Counted from the stretch's first letter, positions 53,788-63,667 are shown. The stretch is 64,000 nucleotides of DNA from Candidatus Latescibacterota bacterium (GCA_963422735.1 OY730476.1:4224001-4288000), one strand, 5' to 3'. Program-made: numbers and translations. The notes: generated by a model from the letters alone, not told the origin.

Positions 53788-56700
53788 TCTACTACTGGCG
53801 GGTTCACGTAGGGCTGCTGCTGGGGACCGCTGTCGCCACAACCGCCCTGACCGGTGCACTCCTAGTCGGCGACTCCATGCGCGGCAGTCTGCGCGACTTG
53901 GCTTTAGAGCGCCTAGGCCGCATCGATTATGCGCTGCTTGCCGCACACTTCTTCCGCAGCGACGTGGCCACCGCGCTGCCTGGGGGCCACGCGCCGGCTA
54001 TCCTCCTCAACGGCAGTGCCCGTCACGCCGCGACCCAAGCGCTCGCCTCTGGCGTACAGATCCAAGGCATTGACGCCCGCTTCGCCGCTCTCTTTCCCCA
54101 AGACGGCCCCGCCTTGCGCGACTCCCTCGAGCCAACGGCTGGCCAGCCGTTTCCCTCGCTCGTCGTCAGCGCCTCGCTGCAACGCGCCCTCGGCCTTGAG
54201 CTAGGCGACTCGGTACTGCTCTCACTGGAACAACCCAGCTCAACCCACCGCGAATCTCTCTTTGGCCGCCGAGCTACCGGCGATATTATCACCACCCTGC
54301 GCGTGATGCTCACGGGCGTCTTGCCCGACAGTGGGGCGGGGCGCTTCGGCCTGCGACCGCACCAGCATCTGCCGCTCAACGCCTACCTCGATCTCCAAGC
54401 CCTCCAGCGCGCCCTCGGCCAACAGGATCAGGTCAACGCCCTGCTCATCGCCGCGCTCAACAGTCGGCACCAAGACCTGCAACACGCCCTCGCCCAAAGC
54501 CTAACTCTCGCCGACCATACGCTGGACCTCGCGCTGCACTCCGACTACATCGAGCTCACTAGCACCCGATTTGTCCTTGACGACTCGACTCTCACCGCTG
54601 CCTTGGCAAGCGCGGCCGCCCAACAACTTAAAACCGCGACCTTTTCGACCTATCTGGCCAACGCCATTATGGGCAATGGTCGCCAAGTTCCTTACTCAAC
54701 TGTTACCGCCCTCGACGATCCCACCGGCCTCTACCTCGCCGACGGACGGGCCGCGCCACCCCTCGCCGCCGATGCCCTCTACCTCGACGCCTGGACGGCG
54801 CGCGAACTAGCCGCCGCCCCCGGCGACTCGATCTCCCTGACCTATTACGTCGTTGGCCCGCGCCAAGCACTGCAAACCGAGCAGGCTCACTTCCACCTCC
54901 AAGGGATTGTGCAGATGCGCGGCCTAGCCATTGATCCGACCCTGACGCCTGCCTATCCGGGGTTGCAGGAAGAAGGCGATATGGCTGCTTGGGATGCGCC
55001 CTTCCCCATCGACATGGGGCAAATCCGCCCACAGGACGAAGCCTACTGGGATCAGTACGGAGCCGCGCCCAAAGCCTTCGTCGCGGCCCATACAGGCCAG
55101 CGTCTCTGGGGCAGCCGCCACGGCGCGCTGACCGCCATCCGCTTCTATCCTCCCTCGCCCGCCCAGTACGAGAGTCTGCGCCAAAACCTGCTAGCGCGCC
55201 TGTCTCCGGCGGCCGACTTCTCCTTGCGCCCTGTCCGCCAAGAAGCTCTGCGGGCCGCGACTGGGGCCACGGACTTCAGCGGCCTCTTTATTGGCTTCAG
55301 TCTCTTCCTCATCGCCGCCGCCGCGCTACTAGTGGTTCTACTGTGCAAGTTCGGCCTCGAACAACGCGCACGCGAAGCGGGGCTGCTGCTCGCCACCGGC
55401 TACCCCCTCTCCGCCGTGAGCCGGCGCTTCTTGGGCGAGGGCATTGCCTTGGCCGCACTGGGGGCGCTACTCGGCCTACCCGGTGCTCCGCTCTACGCCT
55501 ATCTGATGCTAGTCGGCTTGCACACTTGGTGGTTGGAGGCTATCGGTACGCCCTTCCTCCATCTCCACGTCGGCTGGCTGAGCGTAGGGTTGGGCTATCT
55601 ATCCACCCTGCTGCTGGTCTCGCTGGCGCTGTGGCGCACCGTGCAGCGCTTCCATCGGCTGCCCGTCCGCGCCCTGCTCGCCGGTGCCCTCGACACCGCG
55701 CCGCGTCGCCCGCGTCGCCGCAGTGCTGTCCTCGCCGCGTTCGGTTTGGCCTTAGCTTTCGCCTTGAGCACTCTCGCTGGCACAGCCGACGCAGCCACGG
55801 CTGCCGCGCTTTTCTTGGGCAGCGGCACCGCAGCCCTTTTGGCCCTATTGGCCCTGTTCGCGGCATGGTTGCGCGCTCCGACATCGGGGCACCTCAGCGC
55901 TAGCCTCGGCTTGGGTCTTCTCAACAGCGCCCGCAAGCCGAGCCGCAGCACCCTCTGCACGTCCCTCGTGGCCTGCGCCACCTTTGTCATCGTCGCCACT
56001 GGGGCCCATCGACGAGTCGAGTGGCCAGACGATCCTAGTACGGGCGGCTTCTCGCTCGTCGCCGAGGCAGAAATTCCCCTGCACCAAGACCTTAATAGCG
56101 CGGACGGTCGCTTTGAATTGGGGCTATCAACAGGCTTGGAGGCCGTGCGCTTTTTTCCCTTCCGCGTCCTGCCCGGCGACGATGTGAGCTGCCTCAACCT
56201 CTATCTGCCCCAGACCCCGCGCATCCTCGGTGCATCGGCCGAGTTCGTCCAGCGCGGCGGCTTGCCATTCCGGCAGACCCTCGCCCTAATGCCGGACGAG
56301 CGCACCAATCCTTGGCGGTTGCTCCAGCGCGATTTGGGTCCAGGCATCATCCCGGCCATCGGCGATTTTCATTCGGCGCAGTGGATTTTGCACAAGCGTC
56401 TAGGCGACGACATCCCGATTGCGGAAAGCTTGACCCTGCGGTTGGTCGGGTTGTTGGACGGCAGCCTGCTCCAGAGTGAATTGCTCATTGCCGAGGATCG
56501 CTTCGCCGCGCACTTCCCCGAACGCGAAGGCTATGGATACTTCCTAGTCGAAACGGAAAAACCAGCAGCCGTCGCCGCCGCACTCGAAAAAAGGCTAGCG
56601 GCCTACGGCCTCGACGCCACTCTAAGTACCGAGCGCCTCCGAGGTTACCGCGCCGTCGAAAACACGTACCTAGCGACCTTTCAGACGCTGGGCTTGCTCG

Positions 56701-57041
56701 GGCTGCTTTTGGGGACTCTCGGTTTGGGGATCCTCATCCTGCGCAACGTCCTCGAGCGCAGTGGCGAATTGGCGGCCTTGAGCGCCTGTGGCTTTCGCCG
56801 CGCCCGCCTAGGGGCGATGCTGCTCTACGAGCACGGCTTCCTCCTGCTAGCGGGCGAAGGGATAGGCAGCGTCGCCGCCCTCATCGCCGTGGCCCCCCGC
56901 CTCTTTGACCCCGCGCCTTTGCCTTGGGCCTCGCTCGGCACCTCGCTCGGCTTGGTCTTTGCAGCTGGCTTGTTGGCGTGTGCTGCCGCCGCGCACTTGG
57001 CCTTGCGTCGCTCCCTGCTGGCGGCCCTCAAGGCCGAGTGA
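53772..57041 (+). CDS. Large ABC permease (duplicated FtsX/MacB-like)
   Basis: GTG start 53772; LTGALLVGDSM.GSL; two TM bundles with R.RE.GLL.A.G and ER..ELA.L.A.GF; large extracytoplasmic regions. Confidence 0.88.
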   Translation: MRRSLIYYWRVHVGLLLGTAVATTALTGALLVGDSMRGSLRDLALERLGRIDYALLAAHFFRSDVATALPGGHAPAILLNGSARHAATQALASGVQIQGIDARFAALFPQDGPALRDSLEPTAGQPFPSLVVSASLQRALGLELGDSVLLSLEQPSSTHRESLFGRRATGDIITTLRVMLTGVLPDSGAGRFGLRPHQHLPLNAYLDLQALQRALGQQDQVNALLIAALNSRHQDLQHALAQSLTLADHTLDLALHSDYIELTSTRFVLDDSTLTAALASAAAQQLKTATFSTYLANAIMGNGRQVPYSTVTALDDPTGLYLADGRAAPPLAADALYLDAWTARELAAAPGDSISLTYYVVGPRQALQTEQAHFHLQGIVQMRGLAIDPTLTPAYPGLQEEGDMAAWDAPFPIDMGQIRPQDEAYWDQYGAAPKAFVAAHTGQRLWGSRHGALTAIRFYPPSPAQYESLRQNLLARLSPAADFSLRPVRQEALRAATGATDFSGLFIGFSLFLIAAAALLVVLLCKFGLEQRAREAGLLLATGYPLSAVSRRFLGEGIALAALGALLGLPGAPLYAYLMLVGLHTWWLEAIGTPFLHLHVGWLSVGLGYLSTLLLVSLALWRTVQRFHRLPVRALLAGALDTAPRRPRRRSAVLAAFGLALAFALSTLAGTADAATAAALFLGSGTAALLALLALFAAWLRAPTSGHLSASLGLGLLNSARKPSRSTLCTSLVACATFVIVATGAHRRVEWPDDPSTGGFSLVAEAEIPLHQDLNSADGRFELGLSTGLEAVRFFPFRVLPGDDVSCLNLYLPQTPRILGASAEFVQRGGLPFRQTLALMPDERTNPWRLLQRDLGPGIIPAIGDFHSAQWILHKRLGDDIPIAESLTLRLVGLLDGSLLQSELLIAEDRFAAHFPEREGYGYFLVETEKPAAVAAALEKRLAAYGLDATLSTERLRGYRAVENTYLATFQTLGLLGLLLGTLGLGILILRNVLERSGELAALSACGFRRARLGAMLLYEHGFLLLAGEGIGSVAALIAVAPRLFDPAPLPWASLGTSLGLVFAAGLLACAAAAHLALRRSLLAALKAE

Positions 57042-57047
57042 CCGGTG

Positions 57048-58328
57048 CTACTGGCCGATGCAGTACAGGTGCGACTCCGTCCGCAGGAAAATCCGTCCCC
57101 CGGCGATGGCTAGCGAAGACAGCGTATAGCCGCTGTCGAGTTCGTTGGTGGCCAGCACTTTGTACTCTGGTCCGGCCTGAAGCACAGTCGTTACTGCGTT
57201 TTCATTGACCACATAGAGCTTGCCGTCGGCCAGGACCGGCGAGGCACTGACCGACCCCTGTGCCGTGCGCTCCGGCCCCCACAGCACCGCGCCCGTCTTG
57301 GCGTCGAGACAGGTAGCCCGCCCTCGGTCATCAATCATGTAGAAATAGCTACCGTCGGTAGCAGCCGAGGGCACGTCTGGTCCTCCTGACCCTGTCCACT
57401 TCCAAGCCAAGTGGCTTGCGCTAACATCTCCCGTGCCACCAGCGCGGAAGGCTAGCACCGGATTGCGGCGACTAGTCGCGTACACCATCCCGGCAACCGC
57501 GACCGGCGACCCGACCACCCGGTAATTCCGCTCCTTGCCCGGATTCAAGCCGCCCGCCCGCCATACCTCCTCGCCGGTGGCCGGATCGTGCCCGGTGAGG
57601 TAGTTGCCGCCGGAGACGATGATTTGCGTCTGGCCGTCGTGCTCAAGTACCACGGGCGTGGTATAGGCATCCGGCGATTCGCCCACTGCGTCGGTTGGCC
57701 GCTCCCGCCGCCACGCGACTTCGCCGGTGGCCGCGTCAAAGGCGATCAGGTAGGAAGGGTCGTCCGTGTTCATTCCGTGCAGGACCTCGACGAAGAGCTT
57801 GCCGTCGTGGAGCAAGGGCGAGGAGGCGTAGCCCCACATCAGGCCGAAGGGGCCGTGCTCGGCCTGCAAGTCGTAGTGCCACAATTCCTCACCGGTCATG
57901 TCAAAGGCCCGGATCATCCCCGTGCCCGTAACGGCCAGTACGCGCTCGCCGTCCGTGACCGGCGAAGGCGAGGTGTTGTTGTGCTTGCGCCAATAGGCAT
58001 TGCCCTCGGCGAGGGTCCGCTGCCACAACACGCTACCCTCGGCTGTTGACAGGCAACCCAAAAGCAGTTTTTCGCCGCCCTGGGTCTCCTCGCCCGTATT
58101 GGGCGACGTCAAAAAGATCCGCTCGCCCCACACCACCGGCGTACTCCCGCTCCAAGAAGGCAGTTTCTTGCTCCAAACCACATTCTCGCTCGCACTCCAA
58201 GTCGTCGGCAGGCCTACGGCCTTGCTGACGCCGTTGTGGTTGGGGCCGCGCCACTGGGGCCAGTACTCCTCGGCACCAGCGCGTAAAGCGGTCAAAAGCA
58301 GCAGTGAGACGAGTATGTACTTTTTCAT
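57048..58328 (-). CDS. Secreted PQQ-like beta-propeller protein
   Basis: Signal peptide; YWPQWRGP..NG, STPVVWG, ASSP, ASPV. Confidence 0.9.
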   Translation of the reverse strand: MKKYILVSLLLLTALRAGAEEYWPQWRGPNHNGVSKAVGLPTTWSASENVVWSKKLPSWSGSTPVVWGERIFLTSPNTGEETQGGEKLLLGCLSTAEGSVLWQRTLAEGNAYWRKHNNTSPSPVTDGERVLAVTGTGMIRAFDMTGEELWHYDLQAEHGPFGLMWGYASSPLLHDGKLFVEVLHGMNTDDPSYLIAFDAATGEVAWRRERPTDAVGESPDAYTTPVVLEHDGQTQIIVSGGNYLTGHDPATGEEVWRAGGLNPGKERNYRVVGSPVAVAGMVYATSRRNPVLAFRAGGTGDVSASHLAWKWTGSGGPDVPSAATDGSYFYMIDDRGRATCLDAKTGAVLWGPERTAQGSVSASPVLADGKLYVVNENAVTTVLQAGPEYKVLATNELDSGYTLSSLAIAGGRIFLRTESHLYCIGQ

Positions 58329-58401
58329 GGTTTGCTCCTATCCTTTGTCGGCCTAGAATAACGTAGTACTCATGGTCCATAGCTATGGAGTGGGGCCACA
58401 A

Positions 58402-59388
58402 TCAGTAGTAGCCTTGTATTCGCCGCAACTTGTTGGCTCTCCCAATGAGTTCAGGATCGGGCCAATTCGCTCTATTGGCCGGCAAGTGTATCTGAGAATC
58501 CAAATAACCACGCAGATCGTCAAGGCCGCCTTCGAGCCGCTGACTTTTTAATTCATCTACTTTCTTTTCATTGAGCCGCATATAGTATTTTCTATCGAGG
58601 TAAATCAAGCTGTTGTCATAAGCGCGATGTATAGTTGGAGACAGTGCTATACCATTAGAAACATCATCTGTCCCTTGGGTCTCTATTGGTACAATATGGG
58701 CAGCATCGACGAGGTTTAGTTGTGCTCTCGTAACCGCACAGCGGCTACCATAAGCATCCATAACTTGCCGACGAAAACTCGACTCGCGCGCATAGCGGCT
58801 TACCGATTCAACGATTCTCCGCCGCTCTTGCGGCAGCGGCACCATCTCTTGCGGCCTTATTTCCTCCAACTGAGCGGCCTTTAGTAAGAGGGTATATGTC
58901 GAAATATCTCCTCCGTGCTGATGCAGAGAGATGGCGTTAAACACGTAATTCAGAAATTGATCGGGACGAATTCCAACGGCTATTTCTTGGTTATCTTTCC
59001 GGGAAAAGGCCAAGCCGTCTCTAACAGCCGTATGAATAGCTTCTATATCGACCTGAACGGAAGGCGAACCTACTGTAAATGTGCGATGCTATATCAAAGC
59101 CCGCAAACATATCGCTCTCATTGTAATAACCTAGCAAAACAGTATGGCCGCTTGGATTGATCGGCAATGGAGAGGAAACCGAGGTCATCTGAATTCTGTA
59201 TTCGTCTGGTAAAGATCGCCGACCGCCAATAGATAGACCCAAAGCGAAATTGTATCTTCTCCATATTGAATCAAGAATTCTCTGGGGTGAGTAGCCGGTC
59301 TTTTAGATACGTAGAAACCGCTACCACCCGACTTTTGTATGGCGCGTAGAACGGCATCGACGAGTTTGGCAGGAGAAACAGCAGGCAT
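58402..59388 (-). pseudogene. HNH restriction endonuclease broken by two frameshifts
   Basis: Three consecutive frames join into one protein, with breaks near 59235 and 59090. C-terminus has FRRQV..AY..RCAVT...DAAHI.P....D...NGIAL....H.AYD. Confidence 0.85.
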
Positions 59389-59394
59389 AGTTTC

Positions 59395-60393
59395 CTAAGT
59401 CGTCGTTTTCTTTTTGGGTCTTTTCTTGCCCCCATCGTCCGATAGGGCCTCTTCACTATCAGTGCCATTCCACATCGCAGCAGGATGGCAAAGGCTATAA
59501 GAAGACGCTTTCTTTTTAGTTCTATGTTTGGTCTCAAACCTAAAAAGACTGCCTTCGAGGTATTCTTTGACGAGATCACAGCAGAGCCATTTGCGCTTCA
59601 ATCGCTCGGCAACCTCTCTCGTCACACAGGATCCTGCTAAGGGGTCGAATACTAAGTCCCCTTTGTCAGTGAGCATTCTAATAAAGTACTCGGGCAATTC
59701 AGCAGGAAAGCGAGCGGGATGCGGTTTTATATCGTGCTCCTTGCAAAGTCGCAAGTAATTGGAGTTGCTCTCTGTATTGGGAATTGCAATGAGATTGGGC
59801 AGAATAGAAGCACCATTATCAACGTTAAATTTTTCACTAATATCGTGCCCACTCGGCCTCAGCTTAGCTCTATATCCACTTTTGAGTAATCTTTTCATTG
59901 AATTGCTATAGGGAACCAGAACTCGGCGATTGCTAGCTTTCGGCCAAGGGGTCGGCGAAAGCCACCAGACGCAATTAACCGCATCTTTAACTCGAATTCG
60001 CCGTATGTTTACCCACTCGGCAGGCGTAGGCAATTTTGAAGGATTCCACCAGAAGAATTCTTGGGCGAGATGAAAATCGAATTCCCGGCAAAGCATAATC
60101 AAAAGCTCATAGTGATAAAGCGAGCGAGTCGGCTGCCCCGGAGTCCAAGCGCCACCAATATCAATGACCAGAGAACCATTACCCTTGAGGATGCGTATAA
60201 ATTCTTTGGCAAATGGCCGAAACCAATCGAGGTATTGATCCGCATCGACATTGCCGTAGTCCTTTTTGCGAATCAATCCAAATGGCGGTGACGTCATGAT
60301 CAAATTGACGCTTTTATCCTCGATATCTACCATGAGATTGAACGCGTCGCCCAAGTATATTTTCCCTAAGTCGGTTTTGTGAAATAGTTCCAT
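59395..60393 (-). CDS. N4/N6 DNA methyltransferase (beta class, M.PvuII-like)
   Basis: TSPPF motif IV, HPARFP, DP.AGS motif I; adjacent to the HNH gene. Confidence 0.9.
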   Translation of the reverse strand: MELFHKTDLGKIYLGDAFNLMVDIEDKSVNLIMTSPPFGLIRKKDYGNVDADQYLDWFRPFAKEFIRILKGNGSLVIDIGGAWTPGQPTRSLYHYELLIMLCREFDFHLAQEFFWWNPSKLPTPAEWVNIRRIRVKDAVNCVWWLSPTPWPKASNRRVLVPYSNSMKRLLKSGYRAKLRPSGHDISEKFNVDNGASILPNLIAIPNTESNSNYLRLCKEHDIKPHPARFPAELPEYFIRMLTDKGDLVFDPLAGSCVTREVAERLKRKWLCCDLVKEYLEGSLFRFETKHRTKKKASSYSLCHPAAMWNGTDSEEALSDDGGKKRPKKKTTT

Positions 60394-60441
60394 AATCTCA
60401 AATAATCTCCTGATTTGAGATGATAAATTAGGCTTCGCCTC

Positions 60442-61209
60442 CTAGCGAATGCCCGGTGCAAACGGCTTCGACCGATCCGCATACTCGTTGCCGGCTCGAT
60501 CTCGGCCGCGCGCCAAGTACACGGCATGGGACTGCGTGGGTCGCATCTTCACCGTCGCTGGCATATAGCGCATGGTGTAGCCGCAGCGCCGCTTGGCACT
60601 GGTGTTGGGGTTGGAGCCGTGGATGATTTTGGCGTGGTGGATGTGGCACTGGCCCTCGCGGATTTCCAGATCGACGACCCGCGACTGATCGACTTGATCG
60701 GCCACGATCTCGCGCCCGAAGACGTGGGTGTTGTGATCGACCTCCACATAGTCCGAAAAGCCGTGTCGGTGCGAATCGGCGACAACCCGCATACAGCCGT
60801 TTTCTCGCGTCGAGTCGTCGATGGCCAGCCACACGGTCAGTACCTCGTGCTCGCTGAGCCGCTCATTCCAATACGACGAGTCCTCGTGCCAGGGTACGCG
60901 CTTGCCGTCGCCGGGTGGCTTGCTGATAAAGTGGCTCGACCACAAGACGATGTCCGGGCCGATAAACGCCTCGACAAAATCGAGCACCTCGTCGGCGAGG
61001 AGCCACTCGAAAAGCTCTGGGTGAGCAAAGTGCGGCACATCCATAGCCTCTGGCCGCTTGCCCGCGGGCAAATCGGCCAACAAGCCGGCGAAGAAGGCTT
61101 GCAAGTGCTGGAACTTTTCGGCGGGAAAGAGCGGATGTTGATAGATAAAATAACCGTGATCGCGGTAGAACTGCACGTTCTCGGCGGTTATGTGCAAGGG
61201 ATAGGACAT
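60442..61209 (-). CDS. Phytanoyl-CoA dioxygenase family (Fe/2OG) protein
   Basis: PWHEDSSYW (HxD), WLAIDD....NGCM, HGS..N...RR. Start 61209 or 61215. Confidence 0.92.
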   Translation of the reverse strand: MSYPLHITAENVQFYRDHGYFIYQHPLFPAEKFQHLQAFFAGLLADLPAGKRPEAMDVPHFAHPELFEWLLADEVLDFVEAFIGPDIVLWSSHFISKPPGDGKRVPWHEDSSYWNERLSEHEVLTVWLAIDDSTRENGCMRVVADSHRHGFSDYVEVDHNTHVFGREIVADQVDQSRVVDLEIREGQCHIHHAKIIHGSNPNTSAKRRCGYTMRYMPATVKMRPTQSHAVYLARGRDRAGNEYADRSKPFAPGIR

Positions 61210-61223
61210 GGCCATTTCCTTTC

Positions 61224-61505
61224 TGGACTTTCCTAGAATAAGGACTGTTTAATCAGTGGTTAGTGGTTAGTGGTTAGTGGTTAGTGGTTAGTGGTTAGTG
61301 GTTAGTGGTTAGTGGTTAGTGGTTAGTGGTTAGTGGTTAGTGGTTAGTGGTTAGTGGTTAGTGGTTAGTCCCGTCTGCCCTCTTGGCAGCGGGTACACGG
61401 CGACTGGCCACGGAACATCAACGCGGGGGACCGCGCTGGCCGGGACGAGGGCTACGGGCAGGCCGAGTGAAACCCGAATTCCCAACCGTACACTAGGAAA
61501 TTCCG
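61224..61505. mobile_element. TIR-bounded element carrying a long TTAGTGG array, copy 2
   Basis: Ends TGGACTTTCCTAG / CTAGGAAATTCCG; same leader and GC-rich core as 29186-29404. Confidence 0.8.
61253..61369 (+). repeat. Heptamer tandem repeat: TCAGTGG + (TTAGTGG)x15 + TTAGT
   Basis: Read directly; perfect units span 61260-61364. Confidence 0.97.
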
Positions 61506-61528
61506 TTTTATAAAATGCCCGACAGCGC

Positions 61529-61582
61529 GTAGGGGGCAACCCTTGTGATTGCCCTAATAACATTCATTGAGCCTGTCGAAAT
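61529..61582. repeat. GTAG-type REP hairpin plus GAGCCTGTCGAA REP-like remnant
   Basis: GTAG-GGGGCAACCCTTGTGATTGCCCT hairpin and TTGAGCCTGTCGAAAT. Confidence 0.5.
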
Positions 61583-61627
61583 GACGCAGATACGAAGGGG
61601 CTAAGTCAAATGTGACGGGCGCGGCCG

Positions 61628-63667
61628 TCACCCGTGCAGAATCGGATGCCCCGCGCCCTTAAACCAGCCATAGTCGAGCACAAACGACAGAAAAACCCCG
61701 CAGAAAAATCCCACTACCAGCCCGATAAACAGCGGCTTGAGCCGCTGGTAGAGTGCCACGCCGCCAAGGCGCAAGATCAACGCCTTGCAGGCCCACGCCA
61801 AGAAGACCGAGAACGCAATCCGCCGGACCATCCAAGTCGAGGCTACGGCCAGCCCCACCGGGTGCAAAGGCCACCACGCGACCCGGTAGTGCAAAAATGC
61901 CAGCACTACATAGCCCAACGCCCCACTGCTGGCCAAGCCGAGCTTGTCCCAGTCAACGGGCGCGGGATTGCGCGTCTGCTCGGCGACCCAGTCGAAGGCC
62001 CGCCCGCCCGCGCCTCCAGCCGCATTGAAAAACCACGACCGCAGGTTGCTCGCTCCGTAATCGTAGCACAAGTAGATCATAAAACTGGTGGTCGCGACAA
62101 AGCTGACCACGACCGCCAAACCAATGGCCAAGGCTAGTCCTCCGCTGCGTCGATGCGCGTAGTAATGGTGCAGTTTGAGTGCGTTGGCTGCTGAAGGCAT
62201 AAAGGTGGATTGCACATCGCTGCACCACGCAAAGGTCAGTGCCAGCGCGACCAAGTTCTGCGGCCCCAAGGCCGAGCCGGCCGCGGCCACGACCATGCCT
62301 TGGGCACTCATAGGCGTCGTCAAATAGTGCAGACCGGCTTGCGCCACAAGGCGCGTAAGGCCCAAGAAGATCGTCAGCGCGACCGCCAAATAGAAAGCCG
62401 CCAAGTGCAAGTCCAAGCCGCTGCGCCACAGCCAGCCGAGGATAAAACACAGTCCGGCCAACCCACCGCCCACCGCAACTCGATAGGAAATCATCTCGTC
62501 GTCGTCGTCGATCCGCCCGGCGCGGCCCAGCGCAGTGCGCCACACGGCCGCAAGGTGACTCCGCGCTATCCACAAGCTCCACCCCACCATCGCCGCAAAG
62601 GCCCCCCAAGACTGCCACGACAAGGGCGTCCCGCTGTACACAAACGGATCGGCGCGCAAATTAAAAAGGCCCGTTTCGGTGAGCAGGCCCAGTTGCACCA
62701 AGTAGAGCAGATGGAAGAACCAGACGCTGAACGAAATCGCTAGCGGAGCCAGATACATGAACCCCAAGACCGGGAAGTACAGCAGCAGGTTGATAGGCGG
62801 TACATAGGGAATGAGGACAAAGCTCCATTCCCGAAAGATGGGCACTTGCGCCATGCCCGGGAAAAAGTAGCTGGGAACATTGAAGGCAATAAGGCCGAAG
62901 GGGATGGCGAAACCGATCCAAAAGACCCGGGTCTTGAGTGCCGGCGGCAGTGCCGATCCCGGGGCCTCTTCGGTCAGCATCAAGGCCACCTCGGTCAGGG
63001 GGAAGGTCAGCCGCTCGCGCTCCATCCAATGCCGGCGCAACACCACCACCGAGCACAGGCCGACAAAGTATATGGCCAGCACCAGCAGCAGCCACCACAG
63101 CAGCGGCCCGGCCCACGCCCCCCACGGAATGGCCACATCCTTGTTCGGCAAGCCCTCGTAGAAAAAGCGCATGGTGTCGTGCGCTGGATCTGGGATGGCC
63201 CAATCCGGCAGATAGGGATGGACGTATTCGGCCCACTGGTTGGTGGGAAGTGCGCCGTAATAGGGCTTGGAGATGATGCTGAGAATCAGGCCAACGATGA
63301 AGATGGGCATGCCGCTGGCGACCAGCCCCATGATGATGATGGTGATCAGCTCGGCCGCGCTGAGGGCGCGCTTGAGCAGCGCGTTGCACAGGACTAGGAT
63401 AAACAGCGGCGCACCCACGGCAATGGGAAAGTACGACCACGTCATTTCCGACGAGCCGACCATCCATATTGAATAGGGACTGCCGATGCTGATGGCGACG
63501 ACCAGCCCCAAACCGAGCAGCATAGATCGCCAGCTTAGGCCCGACCCGGGCAATTCTACGAGGTAGCGGTCGCTGAGATGGGTGAGGTAATGGGTGGGGA
63601 TTTTCTTTTGCAAGGGGCGCTTCTTGGCAAAATTAACAGCAGGGCAAAAAAGGAGACGGTTCGTCAA
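61628..63667 (-). CDS. Polytopic membrane protein (DUF6785/DUF6784-like putative transporter)
   Basis: W...ERLTFPL, FSVWFF and WWPLHPVG motifs; many TM helices. True start probably downstream of 63667 (e.g. ATG 63523). Confidence 0.8.
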   Translation of the reverse strand: MTNRLLFCPAVNFAKKRPLQKKIPTHYLTHLSDRYLVELPGSGLSWRSMLLGLGLVVAISIGSPYSIWMVGSSEMTWSYFPIAVGAPLFILVLCNALLKRALSAAELITIIIMGLVASGMPIFIVGLILSIISKPYYGALPTNQWAEYVHPYLPDWAIPDPAHDTMRFFYEGLPNKDVAIPWGAWAGPLLWWLLLVLAIYFVGLCSVVVLRRHWMERERLTFPLTEVALMLTEEAPGSALPPALKTRVFWIGFAIPFGLIAFNVPSYFFPGMAQVPIFREWSFVLIPYVPPINLLLYFPVLGFMYLAPLAISFSVWFFHLLYLVQLGLLTETGLFNLRADPFVYSGTPLSWQSWGAFAAMVGWSLWIARSHLAAVWRTALGRAGRIDDDDEMISYRVAVGGGLAGLCFILGWLWRSGLDLHLAAFYLAVALTIFLGLTRLVAQAGLHYLTTPMSAQGMVVAAAGSALGPQNLVALALTFAWCSDVQSTFMPSAANALKLHHYYAHRRSGGLALAIGLAVVVSFVATTSFMIYLCYDYGASNLRSWFFNAAGGAGGRAFDWVAEQTRNPAPVDWDKLGLASSGALGYVVLAFLHYRVAWWPLHPVGLAVASTWMVRRIAFSVFLAWACKALILRLGGVALYQRLKPLFIGLVVGFFCGVFLSFVLDYGWFKGAGHPILHG

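Noticed and set aside
39047-58328. PQQ biosynthesis or RiPP cluster
   Set aside because: No pqqA-E-like genes, no SPASM domain on the radical SAM, and no convincing precursor peptide.
58352-58361. CCTAGAATAA matching the left end of the TTAGTGG element at the RM island border
   Set aside because: Only 10 bp, with no repeat or core following; may be chance.
61253-61369. CRISPR array or true telomere
   Set aside because: Contiguous 7-mers without spacers, no cas genes, and the array is internal to the contig with genes on both sides.
61351-61563. 70-aa minus-strand ORF over the repeat element
   Set aside because: It lies in a repeated non-coding element whose two copies differ by indels, and it ends in the repeat, which has stops in all frames.
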